From the NCBI RefSeq assembly GCF_004010195.1, contig NC_057719.1, positions 12,563,969-12,627,968 of the forward strand: a stretch of DNA of 64,000 nucleotides, read 5' to 3'. Position 1 is the stretch's first letter, and every line of letters starts with the position of its first letter. Below, one piece after another: positions 1 to 13,328 of this stretch. The notes under the pieces are model-generated. The model did no database searches. It was not told the origin of the DNA and worked only from the letters and a program-made list of their open reading frames with translations. Both the position numbers and the translations under genes were made by a program. The stretch comes from Chiloscyllium plagiosum. Its lineage: Eukaryota.

Positions 1-1189
1 CCCTACCTTTTATTTAATTTTAAAAGATATTTCTATAGGTTTAATAAAAAGACAGGGTTTGGGAAATACTTTTAGCCTCAGTAAGAGTTAGGCTTAAAGA
101 GGGAAAGGAGAAAAGGGTTTGAGGAGAAAAGCAATCCTAATTTAAATTCACCCCATTCTCTCTTTGCCCATGACATGTTGGATATAAAAGAAAGGACAGG
201 AAGCAGTGCAAAATGGTTGCTCCTCAATCTAGAGGATGGTAGAGAGTTCACCCAAGGGTCAATACAAGAACCACTGCTTTTTAAATATATATCGATGATT
301 TGGAATAGAGTAAAATTTCAATATTTCAATTTCAAGATTCTTGAGGGACTTACAGTAGGTATCGAGAGGTTGTTTCAGAGGACATTATCTCAGAATAAGG
401 GGCTGCCCAGTTAGGGGAGAGAGAGAGAGAGAAATAAGGAATTTCTTCTCTCAGAGAGTAGTGAATCTTTGCAACTTTTTATTGTAGAGGGCCATTAAGG
501 GTGACATAGCTAGATTTTTAATCAGTAAGGGAATTGAGGGTTATGCGGAAAAGGCAAGAAAGTGAAGTTGAGATTATCAGATGCATGATCTCATTGAATA
601 GCTCGATGGTCTGAATAGCAAATTTATGCTCTTGCGTCTTATGCTCTTATCACCTGATCAAATCAAAAATAGATTCAAGGTTTTGGGCAAGGTGTGTAGA
701 GAGGCACTCCAGGGAAGAATGGTTCTTACCTCGTAGACAGTTAATTGTAATGACCTGGAAATTTTTCTCTGAGCACAGTGAAAACAGAGATAATCCAGTG
801 ATTTCAGAAAGAAATTAGTTGGGCACTTGAGTGAATTAATTTTAAAAATAAGTGAGGCTGGATCATAGGTAACGGACTAACAAAGGGTGACAGGATCAAA
901 ACGTGTGGTGCTGGAAAAGCACAGCAGGTCGGGCAACATCCAAGGAGCAGGAGAGTCAACATTTTGGGCATAGGCCTTTCATTAGCAATGTTGACATAGA
1001 TTTGATGGGCCAAATTACCTTCTTTGTGCTGTAATTTCTTCAGTACTTCATGTGGTATCCAAATGTTTCAGGGAAATACAATTGGATCCATAATTATTAG
1101 CAAATAACCTACATTTATAAGGAGTGCAATGCTCTATCCAAGTAGTCACTGTTAGCTGAACTTGCTCTCACACCTTCATCTTCCTATAG

Positions 1190-1333
1190 GTTGAAAGCTA
1201 CACTCAACAGTTGGAACAAATGCAAGGCAAAATGTTACAAAAAACAAAAGAAATACAGCTGATCCAAGAGGAACTGAACAGGGTAAAGGAGTTTAGGAAG
1301 AAACAAATTCTTTTGGAAAATGAATTGGATGAT
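1190..1333 (+). CDS. BBOF1: BBOF1/CCDC176 internal coding exon (VESYTQQLEQ...ENELDD)
   Basis: ttcctatag acceptor, gtgagt donor, 144 nt phase 0/0. Coiled-coil peptide resembles the human BBOF1 YTRQINELE...ERELDD segment. Upstream exons lie outside the window. Confidence 0.9.
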
Positions 1334-1898
1334 GTGAGTCTATTCAGATTTCCTGTTTCTTTATGTACATCTTTAAGCAAATATATAGTTATATACAAAA
1401 CTGTTACCACCTCTGTGTGGATATAATTTAAATTTATAATCAGTCTTAAAATAAATACGCTGAAAACACAATATTCCAGACAACTTGCTCATTTATGTCA
1501 TCTTTGTATCAGCGCCAGTTTCATATTTGCCTTCCACTGTGCCACTCTTCTGCAAATAATGCCTATATGAACAGGTTACTTATCATTAACAGTTGTCATT
1601 GGAATGTAAAAAGTATTTCATTTATGTGAAGTGAGGAGTTTCAGTTTGAAAATAATTATATGAATCCAAGTATTTATTTTTTCTTTTTGTTCAATATTAA
1701 TATCCCATTTACTGATAATTGTTCTATTCTGTCTTCCCATTCACTATATTTGTGGCTAAAATGATAAGCAAGGGATTTACTCATTGCACAACTACTACTC
1801 TCTTGCCAAAGCTAACAAATATTGTCGGTAACTCCCCTTCCTCCAAATTCCATCCATCCACCCTCAAAGACAGTTATTGTAGTGATAGGCCCTCTTAT

Positions 1899-2085
1899 AT
1901 AGAGTCATAGAGATGTACTTCGGTCTAACCCGTCCATGCCGACCAGATATTCCAACCCAATCTAGTCCCACCTGCCAACACCCTGCCCAAATCCCTCCAA
2001 ACCCTTCCTATTCATATACCCATCCAAATGCCTCTTGAATGTTGCAATTGTACCAGCCTCCACCAGTTCCTCTGGCAGCTCATTC
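1899..2085 (-). mobile_element. CR1 LINE 3' fragment
   Basis: Reverse complement of the CR1 3' end seen at 3660-3862, including the ctctatgact tail. Confidence 0.85.
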
Positions 2086-3032
2086 AGAGGTTGTTTTCAC
2101 AACTTCCTTTTCTTATAAGGTGCTTAGATGTGTCATGTCACCCAACTTCATTGCCCGTTGCTCTCACTGCTCTTTTCAATTCAGATCCTGTTCCAGTGCA
2201 GAACCAAGATTTCTCTGGTTACTGTCACCAAAGGCATCCTTCTTCACTGAGACTGTATGCTTTTCCACCTCATTGTCCTTCATTTGTTTTAGGCATTCGA
2301 GCCGATTGAGCACTGCAATAAAAGCAGAATATTGCAGATGCTGGAAATCTGAAATAAAAGCAGAGAATGCAGGAGAAACCCAGTAGTTCTGCCAGCATTT
2401 GCGGGGAGAAAATCAGAATTTGCATTTCAAGTCCAAAGACTGTCCTTTGGTAGAGAGCCTTAGACTGAAACATTGATTCAGTTTTTTTTTGACAATGCAC
2501 AATGGCATAACACAGGAATTGCAGCACTACGTATGCAGCAGAGCATTTTGTTATTCATTCCTGGGGCATGAGCATTTATGGCAGCGCCAGTATTTGTGTC
2601 CTTTGAGAAGCATAAATTGCCAACTGCAGACAAGAGCAGGTAAGATGAGGAAATTGAATGAGGTGGAAAAGTTTATTTGTTGTGGTTAAATAGTTAATAA
2701 TTTGTAGCTTTTGCTAAATCTAAAGTTTATTTAGAAAATTAAAATTGTTTCTAAGTAATTGCACGTACCATTTACAATATTCCATTCATGTTGAACCCTA
2801 TGCTGGTGTGTTTGCACAAAAGTTGATCGTTTTCAAGTGAAGACATCAAAATATACATGTATGCATATCCAAAAGGGTTTTCTCCTGTTGTCTAGTACAT
2901 AACTGTAAGATGGTAGATTGTTGTTTCCCCGTAAGACTTTCTTTGCATTTTTCACAATCTTGGGTCGAAAGAGCTTTAAAGCTAATGCAATGACTTTGAG
3001 GAAAGGCCACTTTTGGAATGTAAGTTGACACA

Positions 3033-3862
3033 ACTGTGAAAAGTGGCAGATGGAGTTTAATTCAGATAAATGCGAGGTGCTGCATTTTAGGAAAGCAAAT
3101 CTTAGCAGGACTTATAAATTTAATGGTAAGGTCCTAGGGAGTGTTGCTGAACAAAGAGACCTTGGAGTGCAGGTTCACAGCTCCTTGAAAGTGGAGTCGC
3201 AGGTAGATAGGATAGTGAAGAAGGCGTTTGGTATGCTTTCCTTTATTGGTCAAAATATTGATTACAGGAGTTGGGAGGTCATGCTGCGGCTATACAGGAC
3301 ATTGGTTAGGCCACTGTTGGAATATTGCGTGCAATTCTGGTCCCTTCCCATCGGAAAGATGTTGTGAAACTTGAAAGGGTTCATAAAAGATTTACAAGGA
3401 TGTTGCCAGGGTTGGAGGATATGATCTACAGGGAGAGGCTGAACAGGCTGCGGCTGTTTTCCCTTGAGCTTCGGAGGCGGAGGGGTGACCTTATAGAGGT
3501 TTACAAAATTATGAGGGGCATGGATAGGATAAATAGACAAAGTCTTTTCCCTGGGGTGGGGGAGTCCAGAACTAGAGGGCATAGGTTTAAGGTGAGAGGG
3601 GAAAGATATAAAAGAGACCTAAGGGGCAACTTTTCATGCAGAGGGTGGTATGTGTATGGAATGAGCTGCCAGAGGATGTGGTGGAGGCTGGTACAATTGC
3701 AACATTTAAGAAGCATTTGGATGGGTATATGAATAGGAAGGGTTTGGAGGGATATGGGCCGGGTGCTGGCAGGTGGGAATAGATTGGGTTGGGATATCTG
3801 GTCGGCATGGACGGGTTGGACCGAAGGGTCTGTTTCCATTCTGTACATCTCTATGACTCTAT
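3033..3862 (+). mobile_element. 5'-truncated CR1 LINE (RT C-terminus and 3' tail)
   Basis: KWQMEFNSDKCEVLHF, RDLGVQVH, LYRTLVRPLLEYCVQFW, RGDLIEVYKIM; ctctatgactctatg tail. Confidence 0.92.
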
Positions 3863-4104
3863 GGTGATCAACATTAGTGGTATTGATTAAGAACACTAAG
3901 TAGAACCTCCCTGCTTTTCTTCAAGATGTGTCATCGAATCATTTACATGTACCTGAGTGGGCAGATGGAACTTCAATTTAACATCACATCCTAAATGTGC
4001 TATCACTTGGAAAAGATGCTGGGTACCACTGCAAATTTTAGGAGTTAAAGGGGAAATGCAGAACAAATAAAAGTTTCCTCCATTTTTTTCTTTTCTTCTC
4101 TCAG

Positions 4105-4185
4105 ATAAAGGACACAATGAACGCAACAAACAAACAACACAAAGAAACACTAAGACAACTGGAAAACAAGTTTTTTGAAGAAAAG
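4105..4185 (+). CDS. BBOF1: BBOF1 coding exon (IKDTMNATNKQHKETLRQLENKFFEEK)
   Basis: Pyrimidine tract + cag acceptor, gtatgt donor, 81 nt in frame. Resembles human HQETLRRLESRFFEEK. Confidence 0.92.
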
Positions 4186-5274
4186 GTATGTAAACTGGAA
4201 ACAGGAGCCCACCCTGAAACCAATTCAGTCTCACATATACTTTAATGGGATTTAATTAAGTGTTTTACAGTAAGTCCGTGGTTGATCATGAAGATGATTT
4301 TCCTTCCTTTTCTTCTACTGTGTGCTAGCATGGTGACTTCTGGGCCTAAAAGGAAGACCAGAGCCTTCCAGGTAGGATGGAAGGCTAGGAGGGATGGGTT
4401 GTTTGAGGGCAGGGGCAGATTACAGTGAGTTGGTCACCTGGAATCTTTTAATGAATAACTCAGAAATAACATTTGTAGAAGTCTTGGGTGTAAAAGCTAA
4501 CAGTGGATACTGCAAGAAGAACATGAAAAGAAGTAAATAAAATGTTTCAATATTAAATAGAAAGATAATACTTCAGCAACTTATCAATTCCTTTGAGTTT
4601 TAAGCAAAGACTACGATTTGGTGGGACCTTGTAGTATTAGAGAACTGAAATAACCCATGTACTACTGAAATTGTTTCATCACTGAAGATTTACAACAAAT
4701 GCTGGATAATGGAGAAAAAAAATCACAAAATGTAGGCCTGCCAGCAAATCTGTTGGCACCTGAAGGAGCTGAGATCCTGAGGTCCTTGTAACTGAACACT
4801 CAAACAAAGGCTTTTGACCTGAAATGTGATATCTTTTCTCTTTTGAAATGCTGACAACTAATTGTGTTTTTCTTGCATGACTGGTTTTGATACCTAGGAT
4901 ACTGGCTGTAGCTCAACTGACTCATCCAAAACTGACCTTAAAGAAAAAGTATCATATAGCTATGGAATTGGTCATATACTGAAATGATCATACTGTTACA
5001 GCACAAAAGTAGATCCATTCAATTTTCTTCAATTGAGCTACATAGTCTAATTCTACGTTCTTCACAATTGTCCTCTTTTGATGCTACTTTCTAATTACCT
5101 TTTGTAAAGAAGTAATGCACGCTGTCGCAAAATGACACAGAATTCTCCCTTTTAAGAAAATCAACAGAAACGGAAATGAGAGTTATTACTTTATTATTGT
5201 TATAAAGCAACCAATGATAATTATTAAGGTGAAGTGAAGTGTTCTGTGTTTATGTCACTATTATGTACTTTCAG

Positions 5275-5345
5275 ATGCGTTTGGAAAGGGAGGCAGAACA
5301 GAGACTAATTCAGCTGACTGAACAGGCTCACACTGAAGCTATTAT
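5275..5345 (+). CDS. BBOF1: BBOF1 coding exon (MRLEREAEQRLIQLTEQAHTEAI)
   Basis: tttcag acceptor, gtaagt donor, 71 nt ending phase 2. Resembles human RLEQEAEKKIIMLAERAHHEAI. Confidence 0.92.
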
Positions 5346-5519
5346 GTAAGTTTCTGATTATACTCCCAGATCTTGATATATTTTCTGCATGAATAAAATG
5401 TCATTTAACAAGCAATAAATAGTTATCATGGAATTTTTCTAAGCAATCTGTAGAAGTGACTAAATAGCTTAATTAGCCCATGATATCATTTGAGTAGCAT
5501 ACAAAATTGGCAGAGTATC

Positions 5520-6540
5520 AGGAAACAATTGTGTTCAATTGATGTATTTTGGGCTGGAGAAAAGTTTTTAGTGGAGTTTATCAGGAGTTGGTATTGAGAT
5601 CTTTGAATTTCTTGACCTATTTTAATAATCTGGATCTTGGTGTGCATTGGACAACTTGAAAGTTAGTGGATGATAGGGAACTCAGAAGCAGTGTAAACTG
5701 TGAAGAGGACTGTATATGAAATAGGTGCCAGAGGAAGTGGTAGAGACAGGTACAATTACAATATTTCAAAGAGATTTGGACAGATATGTGGATAAGAAAG
5801 ATTTAGAGGGACATGGGCCAAATGCAGGCACATAGGACGAGTTTAGTTTAGGAAACCTGGTCGGCATGGGCAAGTTGGAGAAGGGCTTGTTTTTATGCTG
5901 TCTGTCTATGACTCTGTGACAATGTATAACTATAAAAAAAAGACAATTTGGTACAATGAGCATATAGGTGGCAGATGTTGATCAGTGCAGAGAAGTGTGA
6001 GGTGATGCATTTTGGTTGAAAGAATGTGGACAAACGATAGAAAATAGACTGTACGATACCCAGCAGGAGCAGAGACACATATATGCACAGATAACTAAGG
6101 GTGGCAGGATATGTGAAGAGAGCAGTTAACAATGCATACACTATCCTTAGTCTTTATTAATAAGGACAAGGAGGTTATTCTGAACTTGTACAGGACACTT
6201 TTTAGCCCTCAACTGAGGAGTATTGTGTCCAATTTTGAATGCTACACAATTTTGGAAAGATGTGAACACATTGAGAGACAACAGAGCAATTTACAAATTG
6301 GTACCAGTGATGAAAATCTTCAATTTTGATGATTGATTGGAGAAATTGAGCTGTTGTTCGTGGAAGAAGAAGACTGCAAGGAGATCTGATAGAAGTTATC
6401 AAAATCATGACAGATCCTGATAGAGTAAATAGGGAGAAACTGTTCCTGCTTGTAAATGGCTCATGAACAAGAGGGCACAGGTTTAAAATTATTTGCAAAT
6501 TTAGCAGATGTAATTCAAGAAAGAAACTTTTTCACACATC
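5520..6540 (+). mobile_element. Old degenerate CR1 RT fragment with a younger CR1 3' end nested at ~5715-5920
   Basis: Decayed KCEVMHFG and GDLIEVIKIM motifs. Boundaries approximate. Confidence 0.7.
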
Positions 6541-8005
6541 AAAACAGCCAAGTTTCTGGTATTGAGATTGGCTCTAATGCAATGAGGGGTACGTCAGGTT
6601 CCAAGAGATTGATTGTGTTGTGGGCTCTCTAGTCCGAGGCACAGACGGACACTTCTGTGGCCAGTAGCAAAATATCAGAATGGTGTGTTGCCTCCCTGGT
6701 GCCAGGATGTCTCAGAGAGGGTACAGAATGTTCTCGCGCGAGAGAGAGAGAGGGTCCAGCAGAAGGTCATTATAAACATTGGAACCAATGACCTAGGAAG
6801 GGAAAAGGATGAGATTGTGAAGGGAGAATATAGAGAGTTAGGCAGGAATTTAAAAAGGAGGCCCTTGAGAGTAGTCATATCTGGATTACTCCCAGTGCTA
6901 CGAGCTAGTGAGAGTAGGAAAGGAGGATAGAGCAGATGAATGCATGGCTGAGGAGCTGGTGTATGGGAGAAGTATTCACATTTTTGAATCATTGGAATCT
7001 CTTCTAAGGTAGAAGTGACCTGTACAAGATGGGCGGATTGCACCTGAATTGGCAGGGAGATTTGCTAGAACTGTTCAGGAGGATTTAAACTAGTAAGGTA
7101 GGGGGATGGGGATCCCAGGGAGATAGTAAGGAAAGAGATCAATTTGAGACTGGTACAGTTGAGAAAAGAAGTGAGTCAAACAGTCAGGGCAGACAGGGAC
7201 AAAGCAGAGACAAGGTAGGACAGATAAATCAGACTGCATTTATTTCAATGCAATAGGCCTAACAAGGAAGGCAGATGACTCAGGGCATGGTTAGGAACAT
7301 GGGACTGAGATATCATAGCAATTACAGAAACGTGCCTCATGAATGGACAAGACTGGCAGCTTAATGTTTCAGGATACAAATGCTACAGGAAGGACAGAAA
7401 GGGAGGCAAGAGAGTAGGATAAGTGGTGTTTTTGATAAGGGATGGCGTTACAGCTGTACTGAGGGAGAATATTCCAGGAAATACATCCAGGGAAGTTAGT
7501 TGGATGGAACTGAGAAGTAAGAAAGGGATGATCACCTTATTGGGATTTTATTATAAACCCACTAATAGTCAGAGGGAAATTGAGAAACACATTTGTAAGG
7601 AGATCTCAGTTATCTGTAAGAGTAATAGGGTGATTATGGTAGGGGAATTTAACTTTCCAAACATAGACTGGAACGGTCATAGTGTTAAAGGTTTAGATGG
7701 AGAGGAATTTGTTAAGTGTGTACAAGAACATTTTCTGATTCGGTATGTGGATGTACTTACTAGAGAAGATGCAAAACTTGAGGAGAAAGTGAGGTCTGCA
7801 GATGCTGGAGATCAGAGCTGAAAATGTGTTGCTGGAAATCTCCGTGTACAGTGCATCATCCGTCGTCATTTCCGCCACCTCCAAACGGACCCCCCACCAA
7901 GGATATATTTCCCTCCCCTCCCCTATCAGCATTCCGTAAAGACCACTCCCTCCGTGACTCCCTCGTCAGATCCACACCCCCCACCAACCCAACCTCCACC
8001 CGCGG

Positions 8006-8252
8006 CACCTTCCCCTGCAACCGCAGGAGGTGCAAGACTTGCGCCACCTTCCCCTGCAACCGCAGGAGGTGCAAGACTTGCGCCACCTTCCCCTGCAACC
8101 GCAGGAGGTGCAAGACTTGCGCCACCTTCCCCTGCAACCGCAGGAGGTGCAAGACTTGCGCCACCTTCCCCTGCAACCGCAGGAGGTGCAAGACTTGCGC
8201 CACCTTCCCCTGCAACCGCAGGAGGTGCAAGACTTGCGCCACCTTCCCCTGC
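8006..8252 (+). repeat. Perfect 39-bp tandem repeat, 6.3 copies (TFPCNRRRCKTCA)n
   Basis: Unit caccttcccctgcaaccgcaggaggtgcaagacttgcgc at 8006, 8045, 8084, 8123, 8162, 8201 and a partial copy at 8240. Confidence 0.95.
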
Positions 8253-8388
8253 GACCTCTCCGCCCCCACCCCAGTCTGACCTATCACCCTCACCTTGACC
8301 TCTTTCCACCTATCGCTTTTCCGACACCCCTCCCCCAAGTCCCTCCTCCCTACCTTTTATCTTAGCCTGCTGGACAAACTTTCCTCAT

Positions 8389-8420
8389 TCCTGAAGAAGG
8401 GCTTATGCCCGAAACGTCGA
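8389..8420 (+). ncRNA. Minimal type I hammerhead ribozyme motif (PLE family A)
   Basis: CTGAAGA-A-GGGC(ttat)GCCC-GAAA-CG-TC: both core boxes, 4-bp stem II, palindromic ACGT stem III. Confidence 0.7.
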
Positions 8421-9275
8421 TTCTCCTGTTCCCTGGATGCTGCCTGACCTGCTGCGCTTTTCCAGCAACACCAGATGCAAAACTTGACGTACTTTTGGAA
8501 AATAAGGTAAGGCAGGTGACTGAGGTGTCAGTGAGGGAGGACTTTGGGGCCAGTGACCATAATTCTATTAGTTTTAAAATAGTGATGGAAAAGGTAGACC
8601 AGATCTAAAAGTTGAAATTCTAAATTGGAGGAAGGCTTATTTTGACAGTATTAAGCAAGAACTTTCAAAAGTTGATTGGAGAAGATGTTTGCAGGTAAAG
8701 GGATGGCTGAAAAATGGGAAGCCTTTAAAACTGAGATAACGTGAGTCTAGAGACAGTATATTCCTGTTAGGGTGAAAGGAAAGGCTGGTAGGTGTAGGGA
8801 ATGCTGGATGACGAGAGAAATTGAGAGTTTGGTTAAGAAAAGGAAGGAAGCACATGTCAGGTATAGACAGGATAGACCAAGTGAATCCTTAGTAGAGTAT
8901 AAAAGCAGTAGCAGTATACTTAAGAGGGAAATCAGGAGGGCAAAAAGGGGACATGAGATAGCTTTGGTAAATCGGGTAAAGAATTCAAAGGGTTTTTACA
9001 AATACATTAAGGACAAAAGGGTATCTAGGGAGAGGATAAAGCCCTCAAAGATCAGCAAGGCGGTCTTTGTGTGGAGCCGCAGGAGATAGAGGAGATACTA
9101 AATGAGTATTTTGCATCAGTGTTTACAATGTAGAAGGACATGGAAGGTATAGAATGTCACCATCTATTTCTCTACATCTTGAAAAATGTCCATATTACAG
9201 AGGAGGAAGTGATGTATGGCTTTAAATGCATAAAAATGGATAAATCCCTAGGGCCTGATCAGGCGTATCCTAGAA

Positions 9276-9595
9276 GATTAGATTAGACTAGATAACCTAC
9301 AGTATGGAAATAGGCCCTTCGCCCCAACAAGTTCATACCGAGTGTCCAAAGAGCAGCCCACCCAGACCCATTCCCCCACCTTATATTTACCCCTGATTAA
9401 TGCACCTAACACTATAGGCAATTTAGCTTGGCCAATTCACCTGGCCTGCACATTTTGGATTGTGGGAGGAAACTGGAGCACCCAGAGGAAACCCACAGAG
9501 AATATACAAATGCCACACAGACAGTTGCCCAGGCAAGAATTGAACCTGGGTCCCTGTGAGGCAGAAGTGCTAACCACTGAGCCATCATGCCGCCC
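9276..9595 (-). mobile_element. tRNA-derived V-SINE (HE1-like)
   Basis: A box TGGCTCAGTGG, B-box-like GGTTCAATTC, V-domain tgtgtggc...ttcctcccaca, (ctaat)n tail. Confidence 0.85.
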
Positions 9596-12335
9596 ATTGG
9601 GAAGCTCTTGGGAAGCTAGGGAAGTGATTGCTGGGCCCCTTACTGAGATATGTATATCATCGATAGTCACAGGTGAGGTGCCGGAAGACTGAAGGTTGGC
9701 TAATGTGGTGCCACTATTTAAGAAAAGTGGTAAGGACAAGCCGGGGAACTATAGACCAGTGAGCCTGGCGTCAGTAATGGGCAAGTTGTTGGAGGGAATC
9801 CTGAAGGACAGGATATAAATGTATTTGGAAAGCCAAGGTCTGATTAGGGATAGTTAACATGGCTTTGTGCATGGGAAATCATGTCTCACAAATTTGATTG
9901 ATTTTTCTGAAGAAGTAACAAAGAGGATTGATGAGGGCAGAGCGGGAGATGTGATCTATATGGACTTCAATAAGGTGTTCAACAAGGTTCCCAATGGGAG
10001 ACTGGTTAGCAAGGTTAGATCACATGGAATACAGGGATAACTAGCCATTTGGATACAGAACTGGCTTGAAGGTAGAAGACAGAGGGTGGTGGTAGAGAGT
10101 TGTTTTGCAGACTGGAGGCCTGTGACCAGCGGAGTGCCACAAGGATCGGTGCTGGGTCCACTACGTTTTGTCATTTACATAAATGATTTGATGTGAGCAC
10201 AAGAAGTAGAGTTAATAAGTTTGCAGATGGCACCAATATTGGAGGTGTAGTGGACAGTGAAGATGGTTACTAAGATTACTAAGGGATCTTGATCAGATGG
10301 GCCAATGGCTTGAGAAGTGGCCGATGGAGTTTAAGTTAGATAAATGCGAGTTGCTGTATTTTGGGAAAGCAAATCTTAGCAAGACTTAATGGTAAGGTCC
10401 TTGGGGGTGTTGCTGAACAAACAGACTTGGAGTGCAGGTTCATATCTCCTTGAAAGTCGAGTCGCAGATAAATAGGATAGTGAAGAAGGCATTTGGTATG
10501 CTTTCCTTTATTGGTCAGATTATTGAGTACAGGAGTTGGGAGGTCATGTTGCGGCTGTACAGGAATTGGTTAGGCCACTTTTTGAATATTGCGTAGGATG
10601 TTGTGAAACTTGAAAGGGTTCAGAAAAGATTTACAAGGATTTCGCCAGGTTTGGAGGATTTGAGCTACAGGGAGAGGTTGAATAGGCTGGGGCTATTTTC
10701 CCTGTAGCGTCAGAGGCTGAAGTGTGATCTTAAAGAGGTTTATAAAATCATGAGGGGCATGGATAGGATAAATAGACAAAGTATTTTCCCTGGGGTAGGG
10801 GAGTCCAGAATTAGAGGGCATAGATCTAGGGTGAGAGGGGAAAAATATAAAAGAGACCTAGGGGTAACTTTTTCACGCAGTAGGTACTTGTATGGAATGA
10901 GCTTCCAGAGAAAGTGGTGGAGGCTAGTACAATTGCAACATTTAAAAGGCATCTATATGGGTGTATGAATGGGAAGGGTTTGGAGGGATATGGGCTGGGT
11001 GCTGGCAAGTGGGACTGGATTAGATTGAGATATCTGGTCGGCATGGACAAGTTGGATGGAAGGGTCTGTTTCCGTGCTGTACATCTCTATGACTGCATGA
11101 CTCTATGTGCTTTGAGTCTGGTATGCATTGTCTGGAAGTTGTGGAAGTAGAGGCAATAGAAGCATTCAATAAGTCACTGGATGAACATTGAATAGAAACA
11201 ATATGCAAGGGTTAGGGGCAAAGGTAGGGAAATAGCACAAATTCATAATCTTCCACCACACTAGGGTAGTGTGCTGGAAGTCAAACCCCCTGATCCCAGA
11301 ATTGTCATAAAAGCTTCATGTTCTTCAGTTTACCTGTTGTTATTATCTGTTTAGACTCAGGTTAACAGAAAGTTTATTCTGGGTTTGAATAACTTACTGG
11401 AGGGAAATACAATATGTCCCCTTCTGGAAGTCTGAAGGCTTCTGCTAGTATTGTTCAGACCCATAAGCTACCCAGGAGTCAATCACATTTGGCAGGCTGA
11501 TGGTTGTCATCTATAATTGCTCACAATGCCGCAAACTAACCTGCTACTTGTTGCCCAGCCGAATCTCACTTTATGCCCTACCCCTCATCTCATGACAGCC
11601 CATCTTCAAACATTTGCACCGCTTAAACAAAGCAGTAGTGTCAACAGCAAATACAATGAGTTTTGCTGACGTGTCCTTAAAAAGTGCAGAAGTTCCTTCT
11701 ATAGCCCTTATTTTTAAATAGCCTGTTTTCCATTTCAGTCAAAAATACGGATAATAAAAAGATAGTCTTTACACTGTGAGCCAAATGGCCTCTCTCTGTG
11801 CAGTAATAATTCTGTGATTTTGTGATATGCATGGGAGAACAGGAGAGCTCTGAACTGAGTAAGAAAATAATAAAGAGGACAGTGGCATCACAGAAGGTGC
11901 TTTACTTATCCTTATTTCTGTTACAGAGACAGACATGCAGTTTTATAATCCTTTCACCACTTGAGGGCATCCTAAGGCATTTTACATACAGTCAGGTACT
12001 TTTGAATCACAGTCACCATTGCAGCTAGTATCCACCCAACAAAACCCCACAAACAACAATGAGGTATTGAAAACTTTTTGAAACAGAGACCGTAGTTTTT
12101 AAATGATCATTTGTTAAAAAGAAATGTAATGTATGGGCAACAAGCAGAGCATGATTAAATGAATTGTGTAGAAGGTCATCAATACAAACTTGATGGCCCC
12201 ATTGCCTATGACCAACAATGGAGAGTATGGTGCTGGAAAAGCACAGCAGGTCAGGCAGCATCTGAGCTTTGTCAGGAATATGACCAGCAGTGCTAATTCT
12301 GTAGTTATTCAAATACTGTTCCTATCATCCCACAG

Positions 12336-12480
12336 GAATCTTAATGAAAGAACTCGTTGTGTATTCAAAGAAAACATAAGGCTACATGAGATGGTGAAGA
12401 TCTATAAGAAAGATGAAGAATATATGAAGAAGTCTCACAAGACTCTCGAAGAAAAAAGCACACAGCTGGAGAGTGAAAAG
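12336..12480 (+). CDS. BBOF1: BBOF1 coding exon (NLNERTRCVFKENIRLH...QLESEK)
   Basis: cacag acceptor, gt donor, 145 nt completes the phase-2 codon. VFKEN motif as in human BBOF1. Confidence 0.9.
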
Positions 12481-13328
12481 GTGTTGTATTCATTGAAGAC
12501 TGAGCAAAGTGTATGCTTTTTATAAAACTCAATTCTGTAAACAGAACTGTGGAAACCTCAAATTCAGAAGGGTCATAGCTGTAAGGTTTGAGATCTAGAC
12601 TTATTTTAGGGGATAAAGTTTTGTGCAATGTTCCTTTGTGTTATATTCTTGAAATTCAGAAGAGTATGAGGGGACTTAAAGGATACATACAAGATTCTCA
12701 GTGGTTTTGACAGTGTGTGTGTCTGTTTCCCCTTGTGAGAGAATCTAGAAAAGGAGATATCCTTTCAAAACAAAGGGTCTTCCATTTAAGAAAGGAATGA
12801 GTATTTTATTCCCATAGAGGGTTGCAAATCTTTGGAACTGTTCTTCAAAAAATGGTAGAAGCAGAATCTTTGAGTATTTTTAAGGCAGAAATCGGTAGAT
12901 CGAATATATATAAAAAAAAATTGCCCTCTTGTTCATGTTCATATGATCCCTGAATTTAATTTGACAATTTCTCATTTAAAACATCAATTTTTTTTAAACT
13001 GTGGTAATCATAATGGACAATTATTCATTTCACTTATTACTATGAATGAAAATAGCTATTTCTTATTCACTTAAAATGATAACCTGGGTATGCTTAAGAA
13101 TTTCAAGTACCCTGAATTTGTTTTGAATGAACAAAATTTTTATTTGTGAAAAAAAATGTTTGGTGTGTCTCAATGAAGTCACCCTGAACTGAGTTTTTCC
13201 CAGACTGTAGAGCTTAAAAATTCTTTAATCTTGCCTGACAACCTATTTCCTTTACTCTTGCATCTTCTCTCGTGCTTACATGTTTTTACATCTTTTATTA
13301 TAAGTGTCCCATTCAATTCTTGTTCCAG

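Larger units (their letters stand above)
7782..8472 (+). mobile_element. Neptune-type Penelope-like insertion with inverted left end and 15-bp TSD
   Basis: TSD agatgcaaaacttga at 7767-7781 and 8473-8487. AFRKDHSLRDSLVRS and CNRRRCKTC linker shared with the GIY-YIG copy at 57481-58475. Confidence 0.85.
6545..11106 (+). mobile_element. Near full-length decayed CR1 LINE (ORF1 SGNH esterase, ORF2 APE endonuclease-RT) with nested PLE and SINE
   Basis: INIGTNDL and VVISGLLPV (ORF1); GEFNFPNIDW and SDHN (EN); NYRPVSL and [10 protein letters not shown] (RT); many stops and frameshifts. Confidence 0.9.

Noticed and set aside
8006..8252. 39-bp repeats as a CRISPR array or a repetitive zinc-finger gene
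   Set aside because: Units are contiguous with no spacers and lie inside a TSD-bounded PLE in a eukaryotic intron. The multi-frame ORFs arise from the stop-free unit.
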